Positions 61,382 through 64,000 of a stretch of 64,000 nt of DNA are shown here, one piece after another. The stretch lies in the NCBI GenBank assembly GCA_965197525.1, contig OZ240211.1:2146165-2210164 (forward strand). The letters run 5' to 3'. Position numbers and translations under genes: made by a program. Within the stretch, counting starts at the first letter, position 1; the number at the start of each line of letters is the position of its first letter. The notes under the pieces were generated by a model. That model saw nothing but the letters and a program-made list of their open reading frames with translations, ran no database searches and had not been told where the DNA came from. The stretch is from Nitrosopumilus sp. (GTDB lineage Archaea > Thermoproteota > Nitrososphaeria > Nitrososphaerales > Nitrosopumilaceae).

Positions 61382-61990
61382 GTGATGCATCTAGTCGTTG
61401 GAATTACTGGCAGTACCGGCGTGATTTACGGTATTCGTTTACTCGAAGTCCTAAAAAAATTAAACATAAAGACACATCTTGTTATCTCTGAATGGGGTGA
61501 GAAGTGTATCCCTATGGAGACTGATTACACAGCTGCTAGTGTAAAGTCGCTTGCAACTGCAACGTCTGATGAAAAGAACATGGCATCAAGTATCTCAAGT
61601 GGAACTCATAGAACTGACGGTATGATAGTTGCTCCCTGTAGCATGAAGACGTTATCTGCAATTGCAACTGGTTATGATAATACACTTGTTGCACGAGCTG
61701 CTGGCGTAACAATAAAAGAATCACGGCGACTAATTTTAATGGTAAGAGAATCTCCGTTCTCTGCCATACATCTTGAAAATATGTTGAAACTATCTCGACT
61801 AGGTATCGTCATCATGCCTCCTGTCTCCGAGTTTTACACAAAGCCTCAATCAATTGATGATATGATTAATCACACAATTGGAAAATGTTTGGATCAGTTT
61901 GGGATAGAGCACAATTTGTCTCCGCGTTGGGGCTCTAACAATACTACTGATAATCATACCAACAACCACGCCAACAACAATCCGTCGTGA
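61382..61990 (+). CDS. ubiX: Flavin prenyltransferase
   Basis: VGITGSTG..YG, SSG, APCSMKTL, RESP, FY.KP. Confidence 0.95.
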   Translation: MMHLVVGITGSTGVIYGIRLLEVLKKLNIKTHLVISEWGEKCIPMETDYTAASVKSLATATSDEKNMASSISSGTHRTDGMIVAPCSMKTLSAIATGYDNTLVARAAGVTIKESRRLILMVRESPFSAIHLENMLKLSRLGIVIMPPVSEFYTKPQSIDDMINHTIGKCLDQFGIEHNLSPRWGSNNTTDNHTNNHANNNPS

Positions 61991-61996
61991 TTACAC

Positions 61997-62428
61997 TTGG
62001 TCCGCTTTTCTCTAGAACGGGTAACGCCAAACAAAGACAGAGAATCCGTCTTTGATACGTTTTCAAATGTCGAAAACTATCAAACACTGTTTCCACGACA
62101 TTTTCCATCCATTCGTGTTCGTTCTGTTCGTGGTAATACCTCAGTAGTTGAACAGCATATGAATCTTGGAGACAGAGAACTCTTAATCATGGCAAAACAT
62201 GTTTCAACAAAACCTGTCTTGCACGAGTTCTTTATCATTGGCGGTCATGCAAAAGGCAGTCATATCAAAGAAGAGTTCGTAGAGTTAGATACCGGAACAC
62301 AAATCTTAGTTGATGTTGATTTAAAGCTCAAAAGTATTTTGCGGATTGTGTCCAACCCATTTCAAAAAAACACTATCCAGTCTGACTATGCAAAAATTTT
62401 AGATGATTTTGTAGCGTCACTTAGCTAG
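61997..62428 (+). CDS. SRPBCC/START-like protein
   Basis: VF..FSNVENY..LFP N-terminal motif. Confidence 0.75.
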   Translation: MVRFSLERVTPNKDRESVFDTFSNVENYQTLFPRHFPSIRVRSVRGNTSVVEQHMNLGDRELLIMAKHVSTKPVLHEFFIIGGHAKGSHIKEEFVELDTGTQILVDVDLKLKSILRIVSNPFQKNTIQSDYAKILDDFVASLS

Positions 62429-62630
62429 TCTCATTTTTTTCTTTATCTTTGAAATCATTTAATTCCTTTTCCCCCTGAATTTTGCCTTTCTCAAACTCTC
62501 CTTTTGCCTTGCCAAACGTCTTTGCTAGTTCCGGAATCTTTTTTGCCCCAAAGATAAACACTAGTGCGATAATAATGATAAAGATCCATTCCTGTCCTGC
62601 TATAAAATTCGCTAAACCTTCCATTATCAT
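62421..62630 (-). CDS. tatA: Twin-arginine translocase TatA
   Basis: IFGAKKIPELAKTFGKA.GEF.K. Confidence 0.93.
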   Translation of the reverse strand: MIMEGLANFIAGQEWIFIIIIALVFIFGAKKIPELAKTFGKAKGEFEKGKIQGEKELNDFKDKEKNETS

Positions 62631-62654
62631 ATCTATGTTTAATCAAATTTAGAT

Positions 62655-63440
62655 TTAAGTGTTCAATTTTGTGCTTTTTCTACGTTCTATGCCAATCATG
62701 CCTATCAGATACAGCGCAATCATGGGTCCTGCAATAAACCACATGGTGACACCGCTGCCATCAGGCGTCACCAACGCTCCAAAAATTACGATTATGACGA
62801 TTGCATATCGTATGTTCCTTCTCCAAAAATCGGATTCTACAATTCCCGAGACTGATGTTGCATACATTACCAAGGGGAGCTGAAATGATAGTCCAAAGGC
62901 AAGCAAGAACTGCAAAACAAATGTTACAAACTCTATTACATTAAGAAACGTGACTAACCCTGCCGATTCTCCATATCTGTACAAAAAATCCAAGATGTAT
63001 GGTATGACCAAAATATATGAGAATACGCAACCTGCGACAAATAACCCAAGAGCTGGCAGCGTTATGTTTCTACTAATCTTTATCTCGTTCTCTTTTAGTG
63101 CCGGTTTGATAAATCCCACTAGCTCTCTTACGATTACCGGCATTCCGATTACAATACCTACTAGTACTGCAATGTACAGTTGTGCAAAGAATGCCTGTCC
63201 CGGAGACGTCTGGATTAACTGAACATCTTGCGGAACTAGATTGTCTTTCATATGATTTGTAATCTGAGCTGCTATGTTGTCAAGCGGATCCAGTATTGGG
63301 TAGTATATTGTAAACTGTTCCGTTTGAAATGGTTCTGCATGGACTGTTAGAATAAACGCTGTAATGACTCCAATCACTAATACAATTCGTAGTAATCTCT
63401 TTCGCAGCTCTTCAAAATGCCGATTAATATTATCTTCCAA
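62655..63440 (-). CDS. tatC: Twin-arginine translocase TatC
   Basis: HFEELRKRL, FGLSFQLP, TPD. Confidence 0.95.
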   Translation of the reverse strand: MEDNINRHFEELRKRLLRIVLVIGVITAFILTVHAEPFQTEQFTIYYPILDPLDNIAAQITNHMKDNLVPQDVQLIQTSPGQAFFAQLYIAVLVGIVIGMPVIVRELVGFIKPALKENEIKISRNITLPALGLFVAGCVFSYILVIPYILDFLYRYGESAGLVTFLNVIEFVTFVLQFLLAFGLSFQLPLVMYATSVSGIVESDFWRRNIRYAIVIIVIFGALVTPDGSGVTMWFIAGPMIALYLIGMIGIERRKSTKLNT

Positions 63441-63470
63441 CTCTAATCTTTATTTCTAAAACTATATCAA

Positions 63471-63938
63471 TTATGTGGGGATGGGCAATAGCTTTGCCTC
63501 TGGCAACCCTGCATCTTTGAGCTCTTCTGATGTTAAATCTGAAAACTCTAACGATATCGTTGCTTTGGTGTCAAACTTCTCTTCCATCTCTTTTGCCAAG
63601 GTGCTAATATCTTTGGCAGCATAGATCTCTTCTGAGTCTCTGAGGATGATTCTGTCTCCTTTTTCCATGTCTTTGCCTCTGAACTTTCCTTGAAGGAAAT
63701 TTGTAATTGACGGTAGCTCTTTTCTGTCAATATTGTTATAGAAATAACATATTCCCTTTATTGATTCATAGTCGTACGGTGTTCCATGCCTATACATAAA
63801 AATTCCAATAAAATGAGCCTCATCTTCAGGCTCTCTGACACATTTGATCTCCCAATTCAGTAATTTTGCTTCATCGTAGGCATAATTAGCCATCTCTTCT
63901 GCTGTTATCTTCCAGTACCTTGATCTGTTTCTTCCCAT
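63471..63938 (-). CDS. Hypothetical protein
   Basis: 155-aa ATG ORF co-oriented with tatC. Confidence 0.7.
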   Translation of the reverse strand: MGRNRSRYWKITAEEMANYAYDEAKLLNWEIKCVREPEDEAHFIGIFMYRHGTPYDYESIKGICYFYNNIDRKELPSITNFLQGKFRGKDMEKGDRIILRDSEEIYAAKDISTLAKEMEEKFDTKATISLEFSDLTSEELKDAGLPEAKLLPIPT

Positions 63939-64000
63939 GAGATTTTCTTAAATACTCTGGTATAAATTCCATAAACAACCCTCATCTATATCATCGTCAT

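Overview
Archaeal DNA, most consistent with an ammonia-oxidising Nitrosopumilaceae (Nitrososphaerota/Thaumarchaeota) genome. Support: thaumarchaeosortase, PurP, Alba, aIF-1A, ScpA/B, intron-containing tRNA-Tyr. Core genes lie at about 1-4.3 kb, 13.4-15.5 kb and 50-64 kb. In between are IS-rich accessory regions: (i) 4.4-13 kb with a DinG-like helicase next to an apparent ribosomal protein S27e-PIN nuclease fusion, plus a triplicated solute-binding/Cache protein; (ii) a tRNA-Arg(GCG)-anchored island (15.5-36.8 kb) with a 1.4-kb duplicated end, six copies of an att-like motif and many toxin-antitoxin-like modules; (iii) 38.7-49.6 kb with secreted-protein/small-membrane-protein cassettes sharing a palindromic operator. 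The strongest unusual signal is two TnpB-only elements (24770-26057 and 60010-61340). Each has terminal inverted repeats of the IS6 type (GGTTCTGT...ACAGAACC) and a perfect 8-bp target-site duplication, which canonical IS200/IS605 TnpB elements do not have. An IS6-like transposase remnant with matching ends is at 9542-9901. All family calls come from motif recognition by eye; no database searches were run.
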